DNA from: Patescibacteria group bacterium
GTDB taxonomy: Bacteria > Patescibacteriota > JAHJAL01
Direction of reading: 5' to 3'
DNA: 64,000 bases
Assembly: GCA_049322675.1 (NCBI GenBank)
Contig: JBMORM010000009.1
Span: 291,517 to 355,516 of the forward strand
The notes under the pieces were generated by a model that was given only the letters and a program-made list of their open reading frames with translations, had not been told where the DNA came from and did no database searches. This document shows positions 56,156 through 64,000 of the stretch, one piece after another (the first letter of the stretch is position 1; each line of letters opens with the position of its first letter). The translations under genes were made by a program, and so were the position numbers.

Positions 56156-56791
56156 TTGGTTTTTCATGATTTCTTTTATTTGAAAATAATGAATAAATTT
56201 TGGCACAATAAATATTTACTGAATCTGTTTGTTTTCAATGGGATATTTGTTTTGGCAAGCGGTTTATTGGGACCCTTGTATGCTGTTTTTGTGGAAAAAA
56301 TCGACAATAGCGTGTTGGCTGTTAGTTTTTCTTGGGCGGCATTTTTGTTTTCCACTACATTTTTTTTGTTTTTGGTTGCAAGATATGCCGATCGAGTAAG
56401 GCCGCGAAAATATCTAGTGATGGCCGGGTATCTGATCCAAACAATAGTCTGGTTACTATATCCTAGTATTACAAGTTTGTGGCAACTGGTGGTTTTGCAA
56501 ATAGTGCTTGGTTCGGCCGAAGCTATGGGAGCGCCCACTTTTCAAGCTATGATTGCCGAACATTTGGATGATGGAAATAAAATTCAGGAGTTATCAGTCT
56601 GGAAAATAATTTTGAATGCCGCAACGGCAATAGCTGCAGTAACCGGAGGCCTCGTAGTAAACTTTTGGGGATTTGATGTTCTGTTTTATTTGATGGCTTG
56701 TTTGGCAATAATTTCTTTTTTGGGATTGTCGTTTAATTTAAAAGAAAGTAATGAAAAAACTCGGCCGCGAGGAAATAAAAAAGATATTTAA
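56156..56791 (+). CDS. Six-TM N-terminal half of an MFS transporter (truncated gene or half-transporter)
   Basis: MFS motif A (ARYADRVRPRKYL) lies between TM2 and TM3. Only 6 TM helices are present before the stop. Confidence 0.45.
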   Translation: MVFHDFFYLKIMNKFWHNKYLLNLFVFNGIFVLASGLLGPLYAVFVEKIDNSVLAVSFSWAAFLFSTTFFLFLVARYADRVRPRKYLVMAGYLIQTIVWLLYPSITSLWQLVVLQIVLGSAEAMGAPTFQAMIAEHLDDGNKIQELSVWKIILNAATAIAAVTGGLVVNFWGFDVLFYLMACLAIISFLGLSFNLKESNEKTRPRGNKKDI

Positions 56792-57179
56792 AAAAGTAAA
56801 GCACTTGCGATTGGCAGGTGATTTTGATGATGTAAATTTTGATGAGATAAAATATTACTCTTGGATTGACGAGACCAATAAGCGATGTTTGATGTTGTGT
56901 GATTACAAGGGAGAAATGACGGGGATTGTTTGGAAGATTTATCGAGCCAAAGAAGCCGCCATGAAATTGGGGCGGTGTGAAATATGTTTGAAACACCGGA
57001 AAAACAATGAAGTAATTTTTGTTTATACAAAAACCAAACACTTACCGAAAGGAATAGAATACAGAAGTCGGGGAAATTTTGTTTGTAGCAATTATCGAAA
57101 ATGTAATCAAGATATGAAAAATGAGGATGGTATCGAAAAATTATTTGATCTAATATTACAAAATGAAAAAAATATTTGA
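56751..57179 (+). CDS. Hypothetical Cys-containing protein (possible treble-clef zinc finger), start uncertain
   Basis: RCEICLKH...CSNYRKCNQD. The ORF overlaps the preceding gene's 3' end. Confidence 0.3.
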   Translation: MKKLGREEIKKIFKKVKHLRLAGDFDDVNFDEIKYYSWIDETNKRCLMLCDYKGEMTGIVWKIYRAKEAAMKLGRCEICLKHRKNNEVIFVYTKTKHLPKGIEYRSRGNFVCSNYRKCNQDMKNEDGIEKLFDLILQNEKNI

Positions 57180-57741
57180 AAAGTTGTCGAAAATTATTTT
57201 TAAAAAACAAATGGATAGGCCGAAACCGTGGAAAGAATTGTCTCGGGAGGTGGTTTTTGAGAAATTTAATCGCAAAGTGGAAGAGGTTAAGTTTTTAACT
57301 CCGGTCGGCAAAGAGGAAAAATATTGGATTCGCAATGAACAAAAAGTGGCTACTGTTTTGGCTTTGACGCCGGAAAAGAAAGTGATACTTTGTCAGCAAT
57401 TTAGACATGGTCCCAAAAAAGTTTTGACTGAATTTCCCGGAGGTTTGGTCAATGAGGGCGAGGAGCCGATAGTTGCGGCCAAACGAGAACTACTGGAAGA
57501 AACTGGATATAGCGGTAAAATGGAATTGGTAACATCTTATTTTGATGACGGTTATTCGACTCGGATTAGTTATGCTTTTGTCGCGACCGGTTGCAAGAAG
57601 ATTGGCAAACAAAAACTGGATACAACAGAATATATTCAAGTTAGATTATTTTCGTTGGACAGATTAAAGAGATTATTGAGAAGCGGTAATATGACTGATA
57701 TTGAGGTGGGTTATCTAGGTTTGGATTATTTGAGATTGTGA
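57163..57741 (+). CDS. Nudix hydrolase (ADP-ribose pyrophosphatase-like)
   Basis: The Nudix box is GGLVNEGEEPIVAAKRELLEETGY. Confidence 0.7.
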   Translation: MKKIFEKLSKIIFKKQMDRPKPWKELSREVVFEKFNRKVEEVKFLTPVGKEEKYWIRNEQKVATVLALTPEKKVILCQQFRHGPKKVLTEFPGGLVNEGEEPIVAAKRELLEETGYSGKMELVTSYFDDGYSTRISYAFVATGCKKIGKQKLDTTEYIQVRLFSLDRLKRLLRSGNMTDIEVGYLGLDYLRL

Positions 57742-57744
57742 TTT

Positions 57745-58218
57745 ATGTCGGAAGTAAAAAATTTATACTCAAAGGAAAATATGATTGAATTTAATTTTAA
57801 AAAAGAAAAGTCGTGTGGTTTTGTGGTTTATCAAAGGCCAGAAGAAGGAGAGATAAAATATTTATTGGTGCGACAAGGCAATAATACCTGGGGATTTCCG
57901 AAAGGACATATTGAAAATAATGAGAGTGAATTGCAAACAGCCATGAGGGAGTTGAAAGAAGAAACGGGACTGGAAGTGAGAATTTTTTTGGGATTCAAAG
58001 AAATAATCAGTTATCCTTTGGGCAAAAACGCAGTAAAAAAAGTTATATTTTTTTTGGGAGAAAGCGATACCGACGAGGTAAAATGCGATGGGGCGGAAAT
58101 TGTGGAATACCGGTGGTTACCTTACAATATCGCCCTAAGTCAGTTGTCTTTTGATGATCTAAAAAGAGTTTTGGAGAAGGCCGATGTTTGTTTGAATACG
58201 ATCAAGAGAAAAAAGTAG
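57745..58218 (+). CDS. Nudix hydrolase
   Basis: The Nudix box is GFPKGHIENNESELQTAMRELKEETGL. Confidence 0.7.
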   Translation: MSEVKNLYSKENMIEFNFKKEKSCGFVVYQRPEEGEIKYLLVRQGNNTWGFPKGHIENNESELQTAMRELKEETGLEVRIFLGFKEIISYPLGKNAVKKVIFFLGESDTDEVKCDGAEIVEYRWLPYNIALSQLSFDDLKRVLEKADVCLNTIKRKK

Positions 58219-58291
58219 CGAGATATGATTGTAAATAAATATTTTTTTTCTTATGATTATGGAGGAATAAAAAAATAATTGAGGAGAGAAA

Positions 58292-58972
58292 ATGGACGAA
58301 ATAAATCAGGTGCAGGGCACCAAAGAACCAAAAAATAATCAGGTTCTTTTTTTTGTTGTAGTGATTGTTTTGTTGGTGATTATTGTTGGCGGGTATATGT
58401 GGTGGAAATCAGGAAGTGATAAAAATAGACAAGGCAGTGAACAAAAAGTGGCGGAAGAACAAAATAGAAATCAGAGTGTGTTGAGTTTTTTTGGTTTGAT
58501 TAAAAATATTGAAGGGAACAATATCACGATATATGACGCAGGCAGCGGACAAACCGCAACTTTTGTTCGATCCGAAAATACTTCGGTAACCAAAGAAAAT
58601 ATTGTTACCCAAGGTTTTGACAAGATTAGTTTTGCCGAATTGAAGACAGGGCAAACCGTTAATCTGATGTACCAAAATGATCAGACAAAAACTCCGTTGT
58701 CGATAGTTGTGATGGGGGGAACCAATATCGCCGGAGAAGTAATCGAAACAAGTAATGATCAGATAACTATTAAAAATCAAACTGACACATACACAGTAAA
58801 ATTTAAAAAACAAACAAGTATAGTTCGTCTAGGAGATAATGGCAAAATGGAAAACAATTTGTCTTTGACTGAAATTAAAAAAGGAAATTACGTGACAGTG
58901 ACGGCAGAAAATAGATTGCAAAATGAGGAAAAAATAGTGGAAGCGGACAAGATTGAGATTTTATCTCAATAA
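58292..58972 (+). CDS. Hypothetical membrane-anchored protein
   Basis: An N-terminal TM helix (VLFFVVVIVLLVIIVGGYMWW) is followed by a beta-rich extracytoplasmic domain. Confidence 0.4.
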   Translation: MDEINQVQGTKEPKNNQVLFFVVVIVLLVIIVGGYMWWKSGSDKNRQGSEQKVAEEQNRNQSVLSFFGLIKNIEGNNITIYDAGSGQTATFVRSENTSVTKENIVTQGFDKISFAELKTGQTVNLMYQNDQTKTPLSIVVMGGTNIAGEVIETSNDQITIKNQTDTYTVKFKKQTSIVRLGDNGKMENNLSLTEIKKGNYVTVTAENRLQNEEKIVEADKIEILSQ

Positions 58973-58981
58973 AAAATTAAG

Positions 58982-59542
58982 ATGTCCAATAGAAAATTAA
59001 TATTTGCGTTTATTGGTTTTTCATTTGTCATCCTGATAGCGGCGATTTTGGTTGCGAGAGAAAAAAGTCCGAGCGTCAAGGAAAATACGATTGAAAAAAA
59101 AGTGGTTGGATTTATTGATCAACTCCAAGAGGACAGATTGGTTGTTGATGACGGAAAATATCTTTATGAATTCAAAAATTGGAAAGATAGCGATATTTTG
59201 TTGGCAAATCAAGCGATGCAGGCCGAGAAAGTAGATTGGAATATTTTAAAGGAATACGCCCCATTAGAACAAAAAATTGAGGTTAATTTTACTCAAAAAG
59301 AAGACGAAAGCGAGGTGCTGGAAATAATAATTTCTTTAAACAAGGCATGGACGGGAAGATTGAAAGAAATTGATTTGGAAAAAAAGACTTTGTCACTACA
59401 AGGAGATAATAAAATATTGGTATTCGCCAATGACAAAGTAAAAGGAATTGATTTAAAATCAGGTGATGAGATATCAATTTGGGTAGATTATGACCGAGTG
59501 ATAAAAAAATTTATTATAAGTAAAATACAATTAAATCAATAA
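58982..59542 (+). CDS. Hypothetical membrane-anchored protein
   Basis: The N-terminal TM helix is LIFAFIGFSFVILIAAILVA. Confidence 0.4.
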   Translation: MSNRKLIFAFIGFSFVILIAAILVAREKSPSVKENTIEKKVVGFIDQLQEDRLVVDDGKYLYEFKNWKDSDILLANQAMQAEKVDWNILKEYAPLEQKIEVNFTQKEDESEVLEIIISLNKAWTGRLKEIDLEKKTLSLQGDNKILVFANDKVKGIDLKSGDEISIWVDYDRVIKKFIISKIQLNQ

Positions 59543-60541
59543 ATGAGAAATTATTTTTTGGTATTGGTGATTGGATTATTTAGTTTTTTGGGATTCGGAA
59601 TACAGACGGCAAATGCTTGTGAAAATCAGCCAAAATTGGAGATCAAGAACAAAGGGGAAACAAATGAGGAATGGGTTTTGTCAGTTGATTTATCTGATCC
59701 TAGTTGCAAAACGGTAAAGAAATTTACCTGGTCGTATGATTGGTGGGATTATCAAGGACAGGCTGTACAAAGTGTTAAAGAAAAAGAGGTGGCCGACGGT
59801 GAAAGTATTTCTCTAAAACATGGCGACATGGTAACTATCACCGCCAGCATGTTTTCGCCGGTAACCAATAATGAATCTTCCGAGAGCGGTAATCCATGTT
59901 CCAATTTGCCGCCGGGAGTTTTGGGCTGTTCAACCGATGGAGGTAAAACATTTTATAGTTATACCAATAAGACAAAACGAGATACTGCCGGAGCAGACAG
60001 CTACAATGAATCGACAAATACTTATACTTATCAATTGATGCCCTATTCCGATTTTCCTCTCGAGGCAACGGTAGAATGCAACAAAACAACACCTAGTGTC
60101 CATTTGTATTGGATAGATTTTGAGACCAGGGCAAGAAGGGTTTCATCTTCAAGTACTGCTGATGGCGTGACTAGAAATGATAGTTTATTGTCACATGTTT
60201 TGGCATCGAGCGACGGGAGTAGTGCTTATGATTTCCGGATTTATCGGGGTAACGGGGAACAATATGAAGCGGAAAATTGCCGGGACAATTTGCCATATCA
60301 TTGCGTACAATCATCAGTTGATTCAACGCCCATCTACGAGAGAAATAATGATTGGGATTATGAAAATCCGGTGGGAACGTTGGCAAAGTATGGGTATGAT
60401 GAATTTTTAGATAGTAATGTAACTAATAATCAATACTATCACTATTTTGCTTCATATTCCGGTTCCAGCGGATCATATGGAGACTTGAATGCGGATTCAA
60501 ACTATCTGACTGTTTATGTCAATTGCCCTAACATGCAATAA
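59543..60541 (+). CDS. Hypothetical secreted Cys-containing protein
   Basis: The signal peptide is MRNYFLVLVIGLFSFLGFGIQTANA. Eight or more Cys are spread through the mature region. Confidence 0.45.
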   Translation: MRNYFLVLVIGLFSFLGFGIQTANACENQPKLEIKNKGETNEEWVLSVDLSDPSCKTVKKFTWSYDWWDYQGQAVQSVKEKEVADGESISLKHGDMVTITASMFSPVTNNESSESGNPCSNLPPGVLGCSTDGGKTFYSYTNKTKRDTAGADSYNESTNTYTYQLMPYSDFPLEATVECNKTTPSVHLYWIDFETRARRVSSSSTADGVTRNDSLLSHVLASSDGSSAYDFRIYRGNGEQYEAENCRDNLPYHCVQSSVDSTPIYERNNDWDYENPVGTLAKYGYDEFLDSNVTNNQYYHYFASYSGSSGSYGDLNADSNYLTVYVNCPNMQ

Positions 60542-60581
60542 TTTGCGGATAAAAATTTATTTTTAGTTAATTTTTTAAATA

Positions 60582-63500
60582 ATGAAAAATAAAGTATTTT
60601 TTGGTCTTGCGATCTTGATTGGTATCTTGCTTCCCACCATTGAGGTAAGGGCACAAGTAGCCGGTGAGGATATTCCTCGAGAACAAATTCAGACAAAGAT
60701 TATTCAATTGGCGGATGTGGAGATAGTTGACCCAAAAATACTTAAACAAAAGGATAATGTTGTTACCTTGTCTTGGCAGTTGACCAATGGTGACAATGTT
60801 CAGCCAGATGTCAATTATGGCGTAAAGCTGGTGAAATACATTGGCACAGATAAATTTTTGGTTGACGAATATCATTATGATCATGTGCTAAATATGGTCG
60901 CTGAGGAGAAAATTGATTTGGAGGCGGAATACAAGGCTCCCGCATATCTACAAGGCAAATACGAAATATGGATAAATGCCTTCAACAGCAATTCTATGAC
61001 TTTTGGTTTGGCTAGAGCGGGAGATATTGAATTGAATGGTAATGGCAAATATGTAGAAATCGAAACGCAAAGTTGTTTTTTGACCTTGGAAGGTGACGAA
61101 AACCAGACTTCTTACCAACCGTTGCAGGGTTTAACTGTCGATTCCCAAGAAAAATTATTGGCTCACTGTCCGACCAAAAATCTATTGGGAAAAGAAGCCA
61201 AAATAATCGGGAAGATTCAATTGTTTTATCGGTCGTTGGCCGGAGAAGAGATTGCTTCCGATACTAAGGATGATATGTTGACTTTGAAAATTGACGAAGA
61301 AAGAGAATATGTCCAGTTGTTGCCAAAACCACTTGATGCTAAACCTCAGGCTTATGAAGCTGTGTTAAAGTTTTTTGATGAACAAGGTCAACCAGTATCA
61401 AATATGGTTGTTTTTCATTTTGTCTTGACTGGTCCATCTGCCACCATACAAAATGTTACTTTGGACAAAGATGGTTACAAAAAGGGCGATATAGCACAAG
61501 TAACAGCTTATTGGACGGGAGCGGCAGACGACTATTTGAATTCCAGGTTAAAAGAAGGCGGCACACTGAATGAGTTGCAGATGATTTTGGAATTGAAAAA
61601 CGCTGAGGGACAAAGTTGTACAGAAATAAAGAAGGAAGTGTGGCCGATTAATACTGACAAACAAAAGGTTATCAGTTTGCCAATTGACAGAGAATGCACT
61701 CGACCAAATGTGATTTTGAGCTTGGCTGATAGCGACAGCGGCAAGATTTTGGACGAAAAAAAATATGATATCGTTACGCGACAGGACAATAATCGTAATA
61801 ATCTGATTTTAATCCTGACAATATTGTTGATTATAGTTGGTTTGATTTTGGTGATATGGTTTAGGAAAAGAGTAAAAGGAATTCACTTGTGGGTAGGTCT
61901 TTTTTTGGGAGTCGGAGCTTTATTTTTTTCCAACAAAGTCTATGCCAAAACATTTTTGGTAGAGGCGACCTGGGGAGCCACTACTATTGGAAGGATAGAA
62001 TATACCGTTAGTTTGGATAAAGCGACTTATGTTCAGGATGATCCAATGACTTATAGCATTTCCGTCAAAGATGCCAATTGTTTGAATCATTCTGCTCAAT
62101 CTGATTTTTTGGTCTGGATTGATGATGCTTTTGTCGCAGACGGAGATCATGGTCAGACCGATCCACAAAATCAGGCGGAAAGTTTGACACTGGGTGACAC
62201 AACATTAAATAATCCACCGAGTAATTTTGATGATAGTTTTTCTTCGATCGGGTTTATTGCTTCTCATGCTCCCAATGATTTGTCAAATCCGTATCATTTT
62301 TTACAAAGTCGTTTGGATGTAAGTATCAATTATGCTCCCGACCCGGGCAACCTGCATGATTTTGGACCATATTTTAGTTATAGTTCCGGTTTTGATATAC
62401 CTTATGTCATCAAGAGTGACCCGACTCCTCCGGCTCCACCACAAACTCTAACTGATCCAATAACCTATTTGGATAAAGATGTAACTGTTAATAATCCTCA
62501 ACCGGAATTTCCTTTAGAAAATTATACTCTTCGATATGAGAAAAGGTGCGACAGCGGCAATCCGATTGTAGATTTGCATTGGGAAAAATTTGATCAGGCG
62601 ACGCAGTATTATCTGGTCAGGAACAATAATCCAATCACGAGTATGTGGACAAATTATAGTTATGATTTGGGTGACGGTGGATTTATCGAAGGAGCCAAGA
62701 TGGAAGTGAGGGGTGATTATATAAAATACACTCAGGGTTTGACATATCAGGATCAAATAAATCCTTGCGCGGCAACTTGTTTTGGCAATGCAGCTTGTGT
62801 TAATGATTCAAATTGGGACGGAGTAATCGACACAACTCCATATTATTCAATTCGCGATTTGGATAATGACAGTACGGCGGATATCAATGATGTGGATTTT
62901 GGTTATGCTTCTCTACCTGACATAGACAATGACTTGGATAATGATGGCCTAACCAATGATGTTGATCCGGATATTGATAATGATGGTATATCAAATGACT
63001 TGGACCCGGATGATGACAATGATAGCGTCTTGGATATTTATGATGTTGATTGGGACAATGACCAAATAGTAAATTTGTTGGACCCAGATAGTGGAGGCGG
63101 GCAGAGTGATCTGGATAATGATTTGGACGATGATGGTCTGACCAATGACGTCGATCCAGATATTGACAATGATGGCACCTCAAATCAGGGTGGTAATGAT
63201 TGGGATGAAGACGGGATAGAAAATGATATCGATGTTGATGACGATGGCGATGGGATAGCTGATGCAGACGAGGTGGACACTGACGAAGATTTGGACAATG
63301 ATGGCTTGATCAATGATCAGGATCGGGATAACGATGGAGATGGTATTTTAAATTCAGAGGATGAAGACAATGATAATGACGGGTGGACAAACGATCTCGA
63401 CCCGAATAGCCGTGGCGGTAATCACAGTGACTGTTCAGCAGAGTATAGAGTCTATGCCCATGTTCCGATTATTAATTACAAAATGACTGTGGCGAGCGAA

Positions 63501-64000
63501 ACGCCGACGACGGTTGATTATGACTTACAGCTGGTGTTTTGGCCTGTGACGGAAAGATTTTTGTCTCATTACCGATTTCCGAGTTATTCGGTCGGATCGG
63601 CCAATACTGTACTTGTTCCTATGTATTGTTCCACTCCTGGACAACCGCCGGTAGTTGAAGAAATAAATTTGACAACCAGCGTGGATTGTTCCGATTATGA
63701 AAATCCAGAAGTCAATCTTGATTGGTCGGTGGTTTCTGATATCGAAAGTACGCACATAATCAAATTTGATGTTGACAATTATCCGCCGCGAAATATTTTG
63801 GCGATCAATCCAGTTACAGATACCGGTCTTGATGATGCGGCAATATCAAATAATAATACTTACGGGTACTATGTTCAGATAAAAAAGACAAGTGGCGAAT
63901 ATTTGTATTCCAATGAAAGAAAAGTAGTTGTCCAATGTACTCCTCCTGCACCAGATACTCTGACAATTGCCGGTGGTTGCAGCCAATGCAGCCAAGGCAA
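60582..64000 (+). CDS. Giant cell-surface protein (partial, >1139 aa, continues past the window end) with a signal peptide, an internal two-helix membrane hairpin and Asp-rich thrombospondin-type-3-like calcium-binding repeats
   Basis: The ATG is at 60582 and the signal peptide is MKNKVFFGLAILIGILLPTIEVRA. I found no stop by hand translation through 64000. The track lists no + ORF here, which is consistent with an open frame truncated by the window edge. The internal hairpin is LILILTILLIIVGLILVIWF-RKRVKG-IHLWVGLFLGVGALFF. Confidence 0.55.
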   Translation, partial: MKNKVFFGLAILIGILLPTIEVRAQVAGEDIPREQIQTKIIQLADVEIVDPKILKQKDNVVTLSWQLTNGDNVQPDVNYGVKLVKYIGTDKFLVDEYHYDHVLNMVAEEKIDLEAEYKAPAYLQGKYEIWINAFNSNSMTFGLARAGDIELNGNGKYVEIETQSCFLTLEGDENQTSYQPLQGLTVDSQEKLLAHCPTKNLLGKEAKIIGKIQLFYRSLAGEEIASDTKDDMLTLKIDEEREYVQLLPKPLDAKPQAYEAVLKFFDEQGQPVSNMVVFHFVLTGPSATIQNVTLDKDGYKKGDIAQVTAYWTGAADDYLNSRLKEGGTLNELQMILELKNAEGQSCTEIKKEVWPINTDKQKVISLPIDRECTRPNVILSLADSDSGKILDEKKYDIVTRQDNNRNNLILILTILLIIVGLILVIWFRKRVKGIHLWVGLFLGVGALFFSNKVYAKTFLVEATWGATTIGRIEYTVSLDKATYVQDDPMTYSISVKDANCLNHSAQSDFLVWIDDAFVADGDHGQTDPQNQAESLTLGDTTLNNPPSNFDDSFSSIGFIASHAPNDLSNPYHFLQSRLDVSINYAPDPGNLHDFGPYFSYSSGFDIPYVIKSDPTPPAPPQTLTDPITYLDKDVTVNNPQPEFPLENYTLRYEKRCDSGNPIVDLHWEKFDQATQYYLVRNNNPITSMWTNYSYDLGDGGFIEGAKMEVRGDYIKYTQGLTYQDQINPCAATCFGNAACVNDSNWDGVIDTTPYYSIRDLDNDSTADINDVDFGYASLPDIDNDLDNDGLTNDVDPDIDNDGISNDLDPDDDNDSVLDIYDVDWDNDQIVNLLDPDSGGGQSDLDNDLDDDGLTNDVDPDIDNDGTSNQGGNDWDEDGIENDIDVDDDGDGIADADEVDTDEDLDNDGLINDQDRDNDGDGILNSEDEDNDNDGWTNDLDPNSRGGNHSDCSAEYRVYAHVPIINYKMTVASETPTTVDYDLQLVFWPVTERFLSHYRFPSYSVGSANTVLVPMYCSTPGQPPVVEEINLTTSVDCSDYENPEVNLDWSVVSDIESTHIIKFDVDNYPPRNILAINPVTDTGLDDAAISNNNTYGYYVQIKKTSGEYLYSNERKVVVQCTPPAPDTLTIAGGCSQCSQG
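62890..63420 (+). repeat. Tandem DxDxDG-type Asp-rich repeats (TSP3-like) inside the giant ORF
   Basis: DNDLDNDGLTNDVDPDIDNDGISNDLDPDDDND ... DNDLDDDGLTNDVDPDIDNDGTSN ... DEDLDNDGLINDQDRDNDGDGILNSEDEDNDNDGWTNDLDP. The DNA is correspondingly repetitive (gataatgatgg units). Confidence 0.55.

Noticed and set aside
62884-63183. His/Pro-rich 99-aa minus-strand ORF (MRCHHCQYLDRRHW...)
   Set aside because: It is the antisense reading of the GAT/AAT-rich Asp-repeat region of the giant + strand gene. Its low-complexity composition is an artefact.

Overview
AT-rich, gene-dense bacterial chromosome segment with short intergenic spacers and many small hypothetical membrane or secreted proteins. This style resembles a reduced-genome, Patescibacteria/CPR-like organism, which I infer from composition and gene content only. 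Recognisable housekeeping genes include leuS, ileS, secA, def-fmt, rpsP plus a KH-domain gene, trmD, folD, ddl, a PBP2 transpeptidase, lysA, cmk, queG, a DEAD-box helicase, and one tRNA-Leu(TAA). The ORF track missed two long ORFs that run off the window edges: a minus-strand lipoprotein gene at 1..686, and a giant plus-strand ORF from 60582 to the end that has Asp-rich calcium-binding-type repeats. The most unusual features are:
- a complete Nudix domain inserted in-frame inside LeuRS;
- a four-gene neighbourhood between leuS and ileS that encodes two convergent RimK-family ATP-grasp ligases, an operon-linked HExxH metallopeptidase-like protein and a very acidic protein, which may form a protein-tailing or trimming system;
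- an orphan promoter-to-terminator unit that probably encodes a structured ncRNA;
- two dispersed repeat families, namely TTCCAAT-rich intergenic palindromes (at least 9 copies) and small GC-rich hairpins, one of which sits in-frame inside trmD;
- a 1154-aa secreted protein with a C39-like peptidase domain and a PHP domain.
No CRISPR array, rRNA or obvious transposase is present.
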